A DNA stretch of 63,121 nucleotides, counting the filler, from Olpidium bornovanus S191 (lineage: Eukaryota > Fungi > Olpidiomycota), in assembly GCA_017911155.1 (NCBI GenBank). It is 29 parts of 29 records of this genome, joined end to end, with 100 filler letters (N's around TTAATTAATTAA, not from the genome) between each part and the next. Parts side by side here need not be neighbours in the genome. Positions count along the whole stretch, not along the records: positions 1 to 1,375 come from JAEFCI010012875.1; positions 1,476 to 3,602 come from JAEFCI010012379.1; positions 3,703 to 5,404 come from JAEFCI010005963.1; positions 5,505 to 7,100 come from JAEFCI010006106.1; positions 7,201 to 8,532 come from JAEFCI010012489.1; positions 8,633 to 11,999 come from JAEFCI010009074.1; positions 12,100 to 16,739 come from JAEFCI010000260.1; 22 more parts are not named here. One strand, written 5' to 3'. Each line of letters opens with the position of its first letter. The stretch's first letter is position 1. The position numbers and the translations under genes are program-made. Shown here one piece after another: positions 1 to 12,427 of the stretch. The notes under the pieces were generated by a model. It saw only the letters and a program-made list of their open reading frames with translations, made no database searches and was not told the origin of the DNA.

Positions 1-620
1 CATGCGAGTCAGGCGGTCGCTGCAGAGGCCAGCTCGGTCTGTCCGCCGCCCGCGTCCGGGCCTCCCAACCCGTGCAGAGCTTTCCGCGTCCGCATTTTTC
101 CGCGTACTCGGCGAACGGCGATGCAGGTGTTCCGAGGAAGCCGTTTGTGCGCGAGAGTGTTCGCTCTTCACCTCCGTGCTCCCTTCCGACGCAGATTCCG
201 ACATTCGATATATGGACTTCCGTGCCCACGCCTTCTTCTCCGCCTTGCTCGTCGCCGACGTCGTCGACGTCGTCGCCGTCCTCGTCCTCGTGTTCGATGT
301 CGTCTTCGCCATCGCCGTCGTCATCGTGAGAGTGGCAGACCATAACCCAGTCCGGCTCGAAATCGGAGTACTGCACTGCGTCGCCGACTAGTCCGGAAGC
401 AAGCCACAAGGACAACAGCAGGTGCGGGGCGGCCAGGAAACGCGTCCGCTCGGGGAGGGCCGATCGGTGCATCGACGGCGGCGCCCGGCGGCGAGCGCTC
501 AGCGGCTTCGCGGGGCGCAGATCGTCGTCCGTGAAAACGCGTTGCGCCAGCGGCCGCGCGATCCGCAACCGGGGGCTCTGGCGAGGACCACCCGGTGTGC
601 TCACGCGAAAGGCGGAGCGG
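1..620 (-). CDS. Partial hypothetical protein with an acidic D/E tract (..VMVCHSHDDDGDGEDDIEHEDEDGDDVDD..)
   Basis: Long stop-free minus frame running off position 1, with GAC/GAG-rich codons. No recognisable domain. Confidence 0.4.
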
Positions 621-1042
621 CCGTGTGATCGGAAGCGCAGGGGGCGGGGGACGCGTAGGCCGCCCGAGGTCGAAAGCATCCGCCGAACCGAACGCACGCG
701 GGCATAACCAGCGGGAGCCACGGAGCGGTCCGCGTGCGGCAAGGGAGATCGGACTGCGCCGCTCCGGCGCGGCCGCGACTCAGCCCGTGCGATGCAGGCA
801 CGGTTTCGTGAAGGGCTTTCTCCTCGGGCGGGCGTTCTCAGGGCGGGGACGGGGAGCAGCTCGCAGCGTGAGGTGTGGCGCGCCAGGGTGCTGCGGCTCT
901 GTTCCCCCTCAGCGCGCGGCTTGCGAAGGCGAGCGTGCGGAGAAGGAGCGGGAAAGGGGGGCCGCCAAATTGCGCGTGAAATTCGGGAATTTTATTTTTA
1001 CGTGCGAGCGGGGTTGTCCGCGTTTTTCGGCCGCCGTTTCTT

Positions 1043-1083
<41 letters not shown>

Positions 1084-1086
1084 GCC

Positions 1087-1134
<48 letters not shown>

Positions 1135-1475
1135 GCGGCCCCGCGTTTCCTGACTGGTGTAGAGCGCGCGGCGCGCCCGTCCGCCGCCCGCCTCGCGCCC
1201 GGGAAGAGCGCGCCCACCGCGCCCCGCCTTACCCCCTCCCAAGCCTCGCCTCCTTGACGCCAATCCCGGATGGTCCGAGCCGAAGGCCGGCCGCGCGACG
1301 CCAGGAGAGAAGGAGAACAGCGGGGGAACTTGCTCGCTGTGGCCCAAACAGCCATTTTCTGCGGCTTCCCGCGGGNNNNNNNNNNNNNNNNNNNNNNNNN
1401 NNNNNNNNNNNNNNNNNNNTTAATTAATTAANNNNNNNNNNNNNNNNNNNNNNNNNNNNNNNNNNNNNNNNNNNN

Positions 1476-1518
<43 letters not shown>

Positions 1519-1526
1519 AAAAAAAG

Positions 1527-1586
<60 letters not shown>

Positions 1587-1606
1587 AAAAAAAAGACAAA
1601 AAAAGA

Positions 1607-3474
1607 ATGCCGGGAAGGCCGCGCCGGGACCAGGCGGCCGCCGATTCCGGTCCCGGTCACCTCCGCCGCTTTCATCACGCCCTGCGCCATCCGGCGATGC
1701 GGGCCCCGCCCCCCGGTGGCGGACCGCATCCCGTCGCCGTCACGTTTCCGCCCGAGCCGCTCGGCGGGCGCTCCGGGACGCCGAGCGGCGGAGACGAACA
1801 GCAGCCGCCCGCTCTGTCGGGACCCTGGGCGATCTCGGCGCCCGCGCCCGCAACGGCCGTCGGCGTGGAGAGCGCGTCGCCGTCTCCGCCGGGGTTTCCG
1901 ACCGCACAGGGGGCCCCGCATGCCCGCCCGGACGACGCGTCGAGCGACTTGCACCACGACCTCGCGGACAGCGGCCTCGGCCGTCGACGCTTTTCTTGGC
2001 ACGGCGGCATGCTCTCCTCGGCCTTCGCCGACGCATCGCGGCGCCAACATACCAACCAAGTTACGCAGCAGCAGCGGCAGGCCCTAGACCGCCTCGTTCT
2101 CCTTGACGACAACACGCCGATCACCACAGCGTTCGACGTTGTCAGGCGAAAGGCCGGCGTCCCGACCAGCCCGCTGTCGTTCCTGCAAACCTCGTCCGTC
2201 CTCCTCTATCTCGTCAACCGGCTGCCAGACACTGAGTTGCGCGTGTTCACGGATGCTGCCGCGGACGGCGCGAGGCTGGTGCCTCCGCGGACGTTGGACG
2301 TTTGGAAGATCGGAGGCAAGTTCCTCAAGCTTCGCATCAACGTGCAGCCGGACGGGACGTTCGAAGGGTGGAGGCCAAGAAGTACGCAGGTAGACGAAGC
2401 GGGAACGGGGTTTTCACGGTGCATCGTGCCAGGCTCAAACCCGGTCACGCGCGCGATCTGACGTTCCTGGCTTCGAACACGGCGTCGGTCAGGCGCGTCC
2501 CGTACAGGTCGACCGCGTCGCTGTCTGTTATTCGATGAAGACGGACACGTCGCGGTGTCGGCAGGGAGCCCGGGTCCTGAGAAGCCACGAGAGCCACACG
2601 CAGTCACCCACGCTGGTTTCGCAAGGCTGGATAAAACGACTTTTGCCGAAGCCCATCGGCACGGCTTCCATTGCCGTGGAGAGTTATATTCTTTTTGACG
2701 ACGGCGAGCATCCCTCGTCTAAAGGGCCGTTCCCAATCCTGTTGATATTCCGTGAGGTGGGATTTGGATCGTCGAGGCCCGTTTTGTTTTTGTTGGGGGA
2801 AACGTGAGCGCCGTTTTTTTTTAAAAAAAAAATCTCGGGTCTCTTTCCCATTCCTCGCCGTTTTTTAGACATCGACCCCGATTCCGGACCCTTCGGACGC
2901 CCGCAGCGTGCCGAGGCTGCACTTTCTCTCGCAGCATTTCCCGCTAGAACCGCAGCGGGAACCAGCGCTTGCCGAAATCCCGGCGCCCGCCCGGTGCAGG
3001 TCGGCCGGCAGCGCGGGCGCGTGCCGCCATGCGTCGCCCGCGCATTCACTCCCGGAGTTCTCCCCGCTGTCGCAGCTGTCGGCGGCCTCCGCCGGGGGCG
3101 GCGCGCACGAAGCCTGGGAAGGCTGCGCGGCGAGAGGGCCCGACTCGGTGCCGGCGTTCCGGTTCTCCGGTCCCGCCGGTGGCTGCCTGCCGCTCGTCGC
3201 GGGGATGACCGGCGGCGCGGGCCCGGACGGCGGCGGGCGGCCGGTTTCCTTCTTCCGCGCCGCTCTTTCCGAGGACGCTGCCGGCGAGTTCACCGGCGGC
3301 GACGACGACGACGACGACGCCGACGCCGACACCTACCGTGACCCGGCAGACAGCGCCGAGGAGCTCGTGCAGGCAGTCCGCCACCTCCGGCTGGAAAACA
3401 GCCTGCTCAAAGGCCAGATTGGCACCCTGCTCGGCGTGAGCCCGAGCGACGACCCTCCGGCGTACGACTACTGA
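1607..3474 (+). CDS. Three-exon hypothetical protein (exons ~1607-2389, 2508-2756, 2869-3474)
   Basis: Two GT..AG introns (2390-2507, 2757-2868), both phase 0, join three ORFs in frame. Short coiled-coil near the C-terminus (EELVQAVRHLRLENSLLKGQI). Confidence 0.7.
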
Positions 3475-3722
3475 ACGACGACATGGGGGGGAAGTCGCCG
3501 GGGGGGACCGATAGGGATTGATTCAGTGAGGTTCCCCTCCCTCCAAAAAAAAGTGAGGGGGGTGGGGCGTTATGCGGAGGTATCTCGAATCCATTTTATC
3601 GTNNNNNNNNNNNNNNNNNNNNNNNNNNNNNNNNNNNNNNNNNNNNTTAATTAATTAANNNNNNNNNNNNNNNNNNNNNNNNNNNNNNNNNNNNNNNNNN
3701 NNCCCCCCCCCCCCCCCCCGCC

Positions 3723-3783
<61 letters not shown>

Positions 3784-4293
3784 CCCCCGCCCTTCCTTCC
3801 GCCGTGCTCTGAGGCAGACGCCGTCACCCATCGTCAGCAGCTTCACAGCGGGCTCTCACACCTTTCCCCCTTCCCCCCCCCCCTCCCCTCCCACCCCTCC
3901 CATACCCCGCGGGGCGCGTTTCTTTTTTTGCAGTTGATTTTTTTTTTTGGAGGGTGTGTGTGTGTGTGTGTGTGAATCGGAAGTTCCGGGCCGCGTAGCG
4001 ACTTTATTTTTTTGTTATCTTTTCGCGCGCCTAATGTGAGGGGGAGGGGCTCTCTCTATTTTTTTGTTATCTTTTCGCGCGCCTAGGGGGGGGGGAGAGA
4101 GAGAGGGCGAGGGAGCAGAGATAGAGAGAGAGCAGAGAGAAAAATAAGAGATAAGGAGAGAGAATAAGAGAGAGAGAGAGAGAGAGAGAGACAAGCTTTC
4201 TCCGGGAAGTTTTTTTTGTTGGAGAATTTTCTCGAAAAATTTTTTTTTTGTTGGAGAATTCTCTCTCTTCTCACTTCTCGGTCTCTTACTTTT

Positions 4294-4328
<35 letters not shown>

Positions 4329-4344
4329 AAAAGAGACAGGCTCC

Positions 4345-5080
4345 CACATCTCAACATCCCTCAGAATCAGCTAAGTCCCTGTGAAAATTGCCTCATTTGC
4401 AAGTCCACTTGCATCCCGCATCCCCCTTCCACTGAAGTGTACCAACTAATGGCTCTTTGGCACACTGACGAGATTGGCCCCTATCCATTGGGCATTGATG
4501 GTTCCAAAATGGTCATTACGTTTATTGAGCACGTGCGTAGGTATCTCGAGGCATCATCTGTGCTCTCCGAGCGTTCAGCCATTGCACTTGCCAAGTTTCG
4601 AGCAAATACATTGCTTTATGGAACGCCTCTCAGGTCTCAAAATCAAGATCTTTGGGTGCGGACCGCGGAGGGGAATTTGTCTCTGATGCTTCCGCAGCTT
4701 ACCTCGAAAAACCGGGAATTCAATATCAACCTACGGTCAGAGAAATTTCCCAACAAAATGGGGTCGCCGAACGCGTCAGCCGCACTCTGGAAGAACGAGT
4801 TTGTGCTACACTCCACCACCCGCGCCTTCCGGGTCTCGCTTTTTGGCCTGAAATTTGGAAAGCCCGTTGTTTTCGCTTATAACTGCTCACCGCACTTTTT
4901 CGACAATGATCTTTCCAATCGCCTCGTCGGTCCTGCTTCTGATAATCCTTGATCGATTACGCGTTTTTGGGATGTTTGGGAAAAATGCCAGGGTGAGACC
5001 CTGGCATGCGCGGTACGACGAAAAAGTGAATTTCGTCTCAGGGGGGCAGAGTCGAAGGCAAAAACGCGGTAAAATTGATT
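4345..5080 (+). mobile_element. Degenerate Ty1/copia integrase fragment (frameshifted)
   Basis: CENCLICK..LWHTDEIGPYP..GSKMVITFIEH, then in another frame DRGGEF..GIQY..QQNGVAERVSRTL..LP..FWPE and LRVFG. These are canonical copia rve motifs. Confidence 0.85.
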
Positions 5081-5336
5081 GAATTATTGGCTGGGTGCGA
5101 GTGTAGAGCCGTGACTGTGAGGGGGGGGGGAGGGAGGTGTTAACGAAAAGGGGCGAAGCACCGTCCGTGCTCAGGGCCCTCCCGTGGTGCTTTCCGGCCT
5201 GCGCGTTCCCATATACAGTACCGCGTTCGCAAATTAAAGCCCCTTCTTTTCCTGGTTACCGGTCCGGCCTCGCGAGCCCGCGTTCCTTCTCGGCTCCAAA
5301 TCTCAGCAATTTCCCTTCCCCGTCACCCGCCCTCCT

Positions 5337-5378
<42 letters not shown>

Positions 5379-6446
5379 CCCCCCCCCCGCGCCCCCCCCC
5401 CGCCNNNNNNNNNNNNNNNNNNNNNNNNNNNNNNNNNNNNNNNNNNNNTTAATTAATTAANNNNNNNNNNNNNNNNNNNNNNNNNNNNNNNNNNNNNNNN
5501 NNNNCATGCTTCTCGCCGCCCCGCGCTCGCTCCCCTGCCGAGAAGGAAATGTGCGATGTTGCGAAACTGCCGCAGAACTTTCCTGGGCGGCGGAGGGAAA
5601 GGGGCGGGCGTTAGGGAGCGGCGCCAACCTCGCGCGAGCAGCGGGCAGTCGCGGGAATTCACGTGATCGCCCCTCCCCCCTGCCTCTGATGGTTTTTCTC
5701 CGGCAAAATTAGACGACTTTCCGTATGATTCAGTCGCCCAAGGCGAATAACTGGCGGAAACGATTGTGATCACGTCATGTCGCCGCACCTTGAAAGGAAA
5801 CGGCACGTTCCAAATCCCGGCGTCGCGGCAGTCATGCCGATTAACGGAGATTTCGGAGCGTGTATCATTTTACTGCAGCCGCAGAAAATTTCTACTTTGC
5901 GCGTCTGCACGTGCAAACGATGTCTAGTTAAACCACGGGAGAACTGAAAACTCTTTTAAAGCGAATAAAAAAACAGTTAGTATCCGACGAACCCCCGCCG
6001 TCCAACTCGGCTCGCGGCTCGCCCTGCGCCGTCTCGTCCCGCAGCCCCGTGCGACGCCACTCGAGCCGCAATCCGGAACGCCGCCCCTCCGTCGGGCCCG
6101 GGCCGGACCCAAAGCGATCTACCGAGCACACCGACAAACAAATGTGCAACCCAGGTTTCCAAGACGAAACGCTGCCCCCGGGCGGCCGGGGGCGCGTCGC
6201 TCGAAAGGCTGAACGCGATGAAACAGCACAAGCGGCGAGATCATTCCGCGCTCGGTGTTCCCGAACGGCGCGAAGGAGGAAAAACGAGTGCCCGCGGACA
6301 AACCCGTAGATGAACAACGACGGCCCCCCGATATCATCGATTTGGCTGCGCAGCAATGTAGTTCTGGGCGCCCAATCCCGCACCGTGGCGGGGAAAACCT
6401 CGAACAAGACTGCCTCGAGGACCACGGCCTTTATAATGCCGGTTCG

Positions 6447-6725
6447 GCTGGTATGTACGACTGGACTCGATTTATGGGGATTCGCAGTATTCAGATTTGC
6501 CGGGGATTCACGGGATTGGAATTCACTCTACGGGGGGAACTGCAGGATTCAGTATTTGCGGGATCCGTAGGGGGATTTCAAGGGGGGTCCACAAGATTTC
6601 GTGGGATTCAGGGGGGGGATTCCAGAAGATTCGCGGGATCTTCAGGGGGGGAAGGGAGGAGGGAGGGGAGGGCACGGGGTTAACGGGCTTCGTTGGATTC
6701 GTTGGCTTCACATGGATTCACCAGC
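6447..6725. repeat. GGATTC/GGATCC-rich degenerate repeat array bounded by GCTGGT...ACCAGC
   Basis: About 10 GGATT(C)-like units. Shares the ATTTGC(C/G)GGAT motif with 25905-26385. Confidence 0.5.
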
Positions 6726-7266
6726 ACAGGACCGTCGACAATCGCGTTTTCCATGTAGGAAAAAAAAAGGAAGCGAAGGAAAAATGATCATCGGGGCGGC
6801 TGAATTACTACGAAGGGTGTGGTCCCTAAACGAGCGTTTCTAATCATAAAACGCCAGTTGACCCATAAGTCGCAAACAGCTTATGCGAGGTTTCGACCCC
6901 GCTCCCAACTATAATGTAAATCACCCCCCCCCCCCTTCTCCCCCATGGCATATATCCACGCAAATCAAAACCGGCGCGGCATGAACGGCCGGGCCGGCCT
7001 CACGTGACCCTATACATTTTCGACACGCCTCTTTATTTGTCTCCGGAACTCGCGCGAGCCGAGCCAAAGGCAGGGAAGCAGGGGAGCGCCGGACGCGACG
7101 NNNNNNNNNNNNNNNNNNNNNNNNNNNNNNNNNNNNNNNNNNNNTTAATTAATTAANNNNNNNNNNNNNNNNNNNNNNNNNNNNNNNNNNNNNNNNNNNN
7201 AAAAAAAAAAAAAACAGAAAGAAGAGAGGGTCAGACGTTTCCGGAAAGCGGAAAGCCGCTTGCGCC

Positions 7267-7936
7267 ATGGAGTGCGCCGGATCGTCTTTCCTCGTCCTGC
7301 TGTTGTTCCTGCTCACTTGCCAGGTCAGCACACGCGCCCACACGCACGCGCGCCGCAGCACCTCCGGCTGCAAAGGCGGGAAAGCGCGCGGGAGCGGTTG
7401 AAGGGGAAGAGGGTGGCGGACTTTTTTTTTTTTTTCTTTCTCGGTTGTTTCGCTCACCCTTTTTCCCTTCCAAAAAAAAACCGCACAACAACAAGCCCGA
7501 CTTTGCGCTAGCCGCGGCGCGCGACGTCGGTCTCCAGGTGACGGGAGGCTTTTTCTCCGTCGTCCTCCTTGCCCTCGACGTCGTCGCCGTCGCGGAAGTC
7601 CTGCAGTCCGACCGCCGGTTCCTCGAAAAGTTCCTGTGGACTCTCGGCATCTTCGTCTTCCCGTTTTTGGGACTTCTCGCGTAGTGCGTTTGATTTTGCG
7701 GGCGACCCCCCTTTTTTTTTTTTTTTTTGTGCCCGGCGGGATAGAGTTGGTGGGAGAAGAGGGCGCGTTTCGGCGCGGTTTCGACGAAAGAGTTTTCTTT
7801 GTCGCTCGCCGCGCTCGGTCGGGGCGGGTTACTCACTTTTATTTTTCCTTTTTTTTTTTCTTTTTTTTTGTTCGCCAGCTTCTGCTACGGCAGACAGCAC
7901 ACTCAGGCGCAGTCTCAGTACGAGCAGATCGTCTGA
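7267..7936 (+). CDS. Complete 99-aa membrane protein with signal peptide and PLDc_N-like domain (exons 7267-7323, 7496-7680, 7879-7936)
   Basis: Spliced product MECAGSSFLVLLLFLLTCQPDFALAAARDVGLQVTGGFFSVVLLALDVVAVAEVLQSDRRFLEKFLWTLGIFVFPFLGLLAFCYGRQHTQAQSQYEQIV*. Matches the recalled fungal PLDc_N small-protein pattern (LD..EVL.S.R..K.LW..F.FP..GL). Confidence 0.8.
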
Positions 7937-8473
7937 GGCACGCGCCTCAACCGCGAAAGAACGACAAAATTTGCGACGTGTGGCGGGGCGGGAGAGCGGG
8001 GGGGGAATGAATCACGATGATTTTCGGCGAACGCGACTATGATAAAAAGCTCGTTCTGTTCACCGGGAGCTTTCGGCGACCCAAAAAAGAAGTTCTGTTC
8101 GTCGCCCCCCTCACCTACCCTCCTTCCCCCGACACCCCCACCCCCCCTCCCCCCTCTTCGAGGCAAGGGCCTTTTTGGGCTGTAATCTCTTGTCCGCGTC
8201 TATCCGTAGTACGCTTGTAAACATTTCACCTTTCCGCCCGCCCTGATCACCTGATGTTTGATGGCCCCCCAACCCGCCCCCGACCCCCCACCTGCGCTTG
8301 TAGCCTTTTGTTCTCAAACGCACGCCGGGAGCTTGTTTTCCGTTTTCTTTTTTTTTTTTTTTTTTTTTTTTTTTGGGAAACGGGCCTTCGGTAAAAAGGT
8401 TGCGCTGATTTGTTTTTGCAGCGGCCGTTTCGGATTGCCTGTATGTCCGCCCTCCTCCAGGCACCGCGGTATT

Positions 8474-8519
<46 letters not shown>

Positions 8520-9809
8520 CCTCTCCTCCCCCNNNNNNNNNNNNNNNNNNNNNNNNNNNNNNNNNNNNNNNNNNNNTTAATTAATTAANNNNNNNNNNNN
8601 NNNNNNNNNNNNNNNNNNNNNNNNNNNNNNNNAAACACTTCGTGCGCGTGGATTTTAAAATTCAACCGGGCAGAATCTCTTTTCGCTCGAAATTTCCCCG
8701 GGATCACCCCTCGGGGCGCGCCCAAAACCAAAAAAAAAAAAAAAAAAAAAAAACAAAAAAAAAAAAAAAAAAAAAAAAACAAAAAGAAAAAAAAAAGACA
8801 GACTGTAATAAATCCGGTCCAAGTCGATAAACCCCTCAGGTTGGATTATCGAAAAATTCCCGGGAAACCGGAAGGCTGCAAGACAAGACCCGTGTGGGAG
8901 GAGGAATTCGAAAAAGGAGGGGGGGGAGGTGGGGGGGGGGGTGTGTGGAGGGGGCAACGCAGGAGGCGTCGCGGAACGCGGAGGCCCCGAAAGCTGCTCG
9001 AACGGAGTTAAAAACGTTTTTTTTTTGTGCCCAAAGGGGCCAGTCGGACCTGTTCGTTCTCCTCCCCCTCCCCCCCCCGCATTTTTATACACGGTAATTA
9101 TCCTTGGTTGGAATTACGTGTGGGAAGGGGGGGGGGGAAGGGGGGGAAGGGGGGGTTGTTGAGCGAAGTGCGGCTTTTGGGGTCTTGTCTTTCAGCCGGG
9201 GAGGGGGAAAACGACGAAAAAACACTGAGAAACGAAGGATGTCGGCCGAGACGCCTTAACAGAAGATCAAGTAAAAAACGGGCGTCTGGAAAGGGTTGTG
9301 AGAACTTTCGGCAGGGTGGGGTAAGAAACCCCCCCGCGAGGGGGGTCTTGTAACTGCACTTCGTTCCGTGCGGGCGTTCGCCTTCGTTCCCCCTCCCCCT
9401 CCCCCTCCCCCCTTTCTGGTGCCGGCCCACTCGTTCCAATCGTCTTTAAGACTTCCTTTGGAACCCCGGCGATCCCTCCCGGGGAGCAGGACACCGACAC
9501 ACCGGCCGAGACCCAGAAACGCTTTCTTTACCGGTCGCCGGAAAGCGGAACACCTCCCCCCCCTCCCTCAGCCCGGCAGCACTAAATGCAGAGCGTTAGG
9601 AGTAAAGAATAGGCCTAAAAGGGAGCAGAGTAACAGGCAACGACGATCGATCATGATGTCGGGGGATCTTTTTTCATGGTGAATCTTTTTTTTTTTTTTG
9701 CAATGACGTGAGAAGGGATGATGTCGTTGTGAGATAAGCTTATTTTGGCGCACACAGAAAAAAGAACCCTCGTCGCAGCCGCTGCACACGCCACGCCATC
9801 GAAAAGTAC

Positions 9810-11999
9810 CTTATCGACAACTTCATGCCTTCTACTTTAACGGATCGCAACGCTTCCGTAACCTCAGGTTGTGGCGGCTTCAAACCGTCTCCACTGTTTG
9901 GCGGCGGTTCAACAGATCAGCCGGCCGGTGGTTCCCCCGTACGTTGGCATCGTATCGCGACAAACCGTCTGTTCCGCGTACCTGGTCGTCTTCTCGGCCG
10001 TCGCCGCCTGCGCCGCCTCGCTCTTACCGGAATAGATGAACTTGATCGGCGCCGGGGGAAGCGATTTCAGAGGCTGCCCGCCGGTCTTTTCGTACATCGG
10101 GCACACCGGGTTGGTGCGGATGTGTCCGATCTGGTCGCAGTTCCCGCACCTCCGCTGGTGTGGAGAAACGCCGGGGACGCAACGAACAAGACGGGAAGTT
10201 AAGTCAGAGCCACGTTCGCCAATTTCGCGTGCATTTCGCCCCGAAGCGAGGCACACCGCAAGCCGCCGACCTTCGACTCCTTTCTCGGGTGTGGCTTTTT
10301 CGGCGGGTTCGGCGCCTTCTTCCGGGCTACTCGGCCCTCCAGGGCCTCCTTCTCCTTCGTCGCCTGTCGTACCCTGCGGCGCTCCTGATTCCGTTTGAGC
10401 CTCGCCAGCTGCTCTTCTATCCGCTGCTGCATTCGTCGGTTCTTCTCGGCGTCGTCGGTTGGCTCCAGTTCCACCGTTCTTATTGCACAAATCCCCCCCC
10501 CGCCATTACGATAACCAAACGGCGAAGTGTCAGGAGCTTCCTCGACAAGCCGGAACCAACGGACGCCAGGCAGACGGCTCCGTCTGTCCAACCGGCAGGT
10601 CCTTGCCGTAGACCGAAGCGGGCAGAGCCGTTGGTGAGATCAAGGGAAACCGCGACCGACGTACGTTGTCGACTGCTCCTCGATCAGCTGGCGGTGTCGC
10701 AAGTACGCGTTTATCACCGCTGAATCCTTCACGGTTTCGGATTGCCACGAATCCTCCCCGTCCGGACCGCGTATCCGCCGTCGGATCACCAGCACCTTGT
10801 TCTGGCTCTGAGGTTGGTAAGACGTTCGCGACGAAAGCGAACCGGCGACGGAAGCGGCGTCGTCGTCGGAGTCGGCCGCGCGGTCGTAGCCACCGCCCTT
10901 GCCCCGTGACAAAGCAGGGGAGGATGCACGACTGCTGGGGCGGAACAGCTGCGTTATCGACTTGGAGCGCACCGGTTCCATCTCCAACGCCTGCAAAGAA
11001 ATTTTTCCGCAGGGCGGGGGATTCAGCCTTGAGGGGCCACACCATCACCCGAAAGCACAGGCAATTACGCGAGGCGACCCTACGTCAACGGCCTCCGATG
11101 TCGCCCGAGAGACGGGCTCTTCAGCCTCCTCGTCGGAATCCTGAATCTCGCTTTTGTCGCTCAGCGCCTGGTACTGAAGCCTCCATACTCTGTCAATCTG
11201 GCGCAACGGGTTGACGGTTGGCTGCCGCGGGAAAAACAAAGAATTCCAAAAACAGCGAAGAGGCGGAAACGAAATCGAACCTCCTCTCGGTAGGCCTGCT
11301 GCTGCTCGGCTACGTTATACTTGTGGGCGTTCTTCGGCAAATTGGCCAATTTGGCTACGTAAAATAAAGTCAGCTCCGAAACCCGTTTCCAGTTGCCTTC
11401 ATCCCCTCTGAAAACACTTCACCAGTTTCTAGCAAGCCTCAACGCGACCCTCCCAACCACGCGGGCATGCCCTTACCTAGCCTCTCTTCTTCTGACTCGC
11501 CAGCTCGGAGAAAGCTTCCTTTCATCGAAATGCGCACGAAGCTAAATCCCTCGCCGCGGCCCGTGGGGTCGCCCGGCCCGTGGATTTGCAGCATGGACTT
11601 GCCCTGCGTGGCGTTCACGAAGTTGCGCGTCGTAATCCACGGCGCCAGCTGCTCTTCGATGTCCAACTTGGTCTCCCCTTCCTCGTCAACGTCGCCATCC
11701 TCGGCCGTTTTGCCGTACCCAGTGTCCTGGAGGTGCCGCTGCCCGACCAGCATCGACTCATACAGCGCCACCTGGCCAACGCATAAAAGCGATTGTTGTC
11801 AATGGACCCGCGGGCTTTGTGGGACGAAGCAGAATACAACGAAAAACACTTCAGGAAACGCACCATTTCCGGGAGGATGAGCTTCCGGCACTCTTCCTCA
11901 CTTGGGATGGTTATCCGGCCCTTCGGCTTCCAGTAGCCGTTGTTGTGGCCCCTCCGGACAAAATCGCAGAATTCCTTTAGTCGCTGACGCATTTGCATG
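9810..11999 (-). CDS. TAF1: TFIID subunit 1, C-terminal part, multi-exon, 5' truncated at contig end
   Basis: RQRLKEF, LYESMLVGQRHLQDTG, EEQLAPWITTRNFVNATQGKSMLQIHGPGDPTGRGEGFSFVR, YNVAEQQQAY, and zinc knuckle RCGNCDQIGHIRTNPVCPMY. Confidence 0.96.
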
Positions 12000-12427
12000 N
12001 NNNNNNNNNNNNNNNNNNNNNNNNNNNNNNNNNNNNNNNNNNNTTAATTAATTAANNNNNNNNNNNNNNNNNNNNNNNNNNNNNNNNNNNNNNNNNNNNC
12101 CCTCGCGACCAAGAGGCCGCGAAGCGAAGACCGAGAGGGGTGGCGGTGGTGCTTTGCGTCCGCGTCCGCTCCGGACACGAAAAAAAATAAAAAAAAAAAA
12201 AAAAAAGAAAAAGAAGGCTGTGCGTTTTCCCCTCCCTTCCACCCGGAGTCTCGTTCCTCGCTACAGACAAGGCCTTTCTCCGTACCGAAAGAGTGCGGCA
12301 GAAGCCTCCCCTCCCCCTTTTCCCCCGGCCGCCTAGTCCGTTTTTTATTTCTTTTTAAATTCAACCTTTTCTCCGCCTCTTGTTGTTCCTCCCGCGGGTT
12401 TTCTTCTTTTTTTCTATTCTACGGCAG

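Noticed and set aside
595-1427. Many overlapping GC-rich ORFs (poly-G/P/F/K/R) here and throughout the ORF track
   Set aside because: They result from high GC content, homopolymers and antisense shadows of real exons.
1420-1431. Regularly recurring TTAATTAATTAA as a CRISPR-like repeat or regulatory site
   Set aside because: Always centred in a 100-bp N spacer, so it is an artificial linker.
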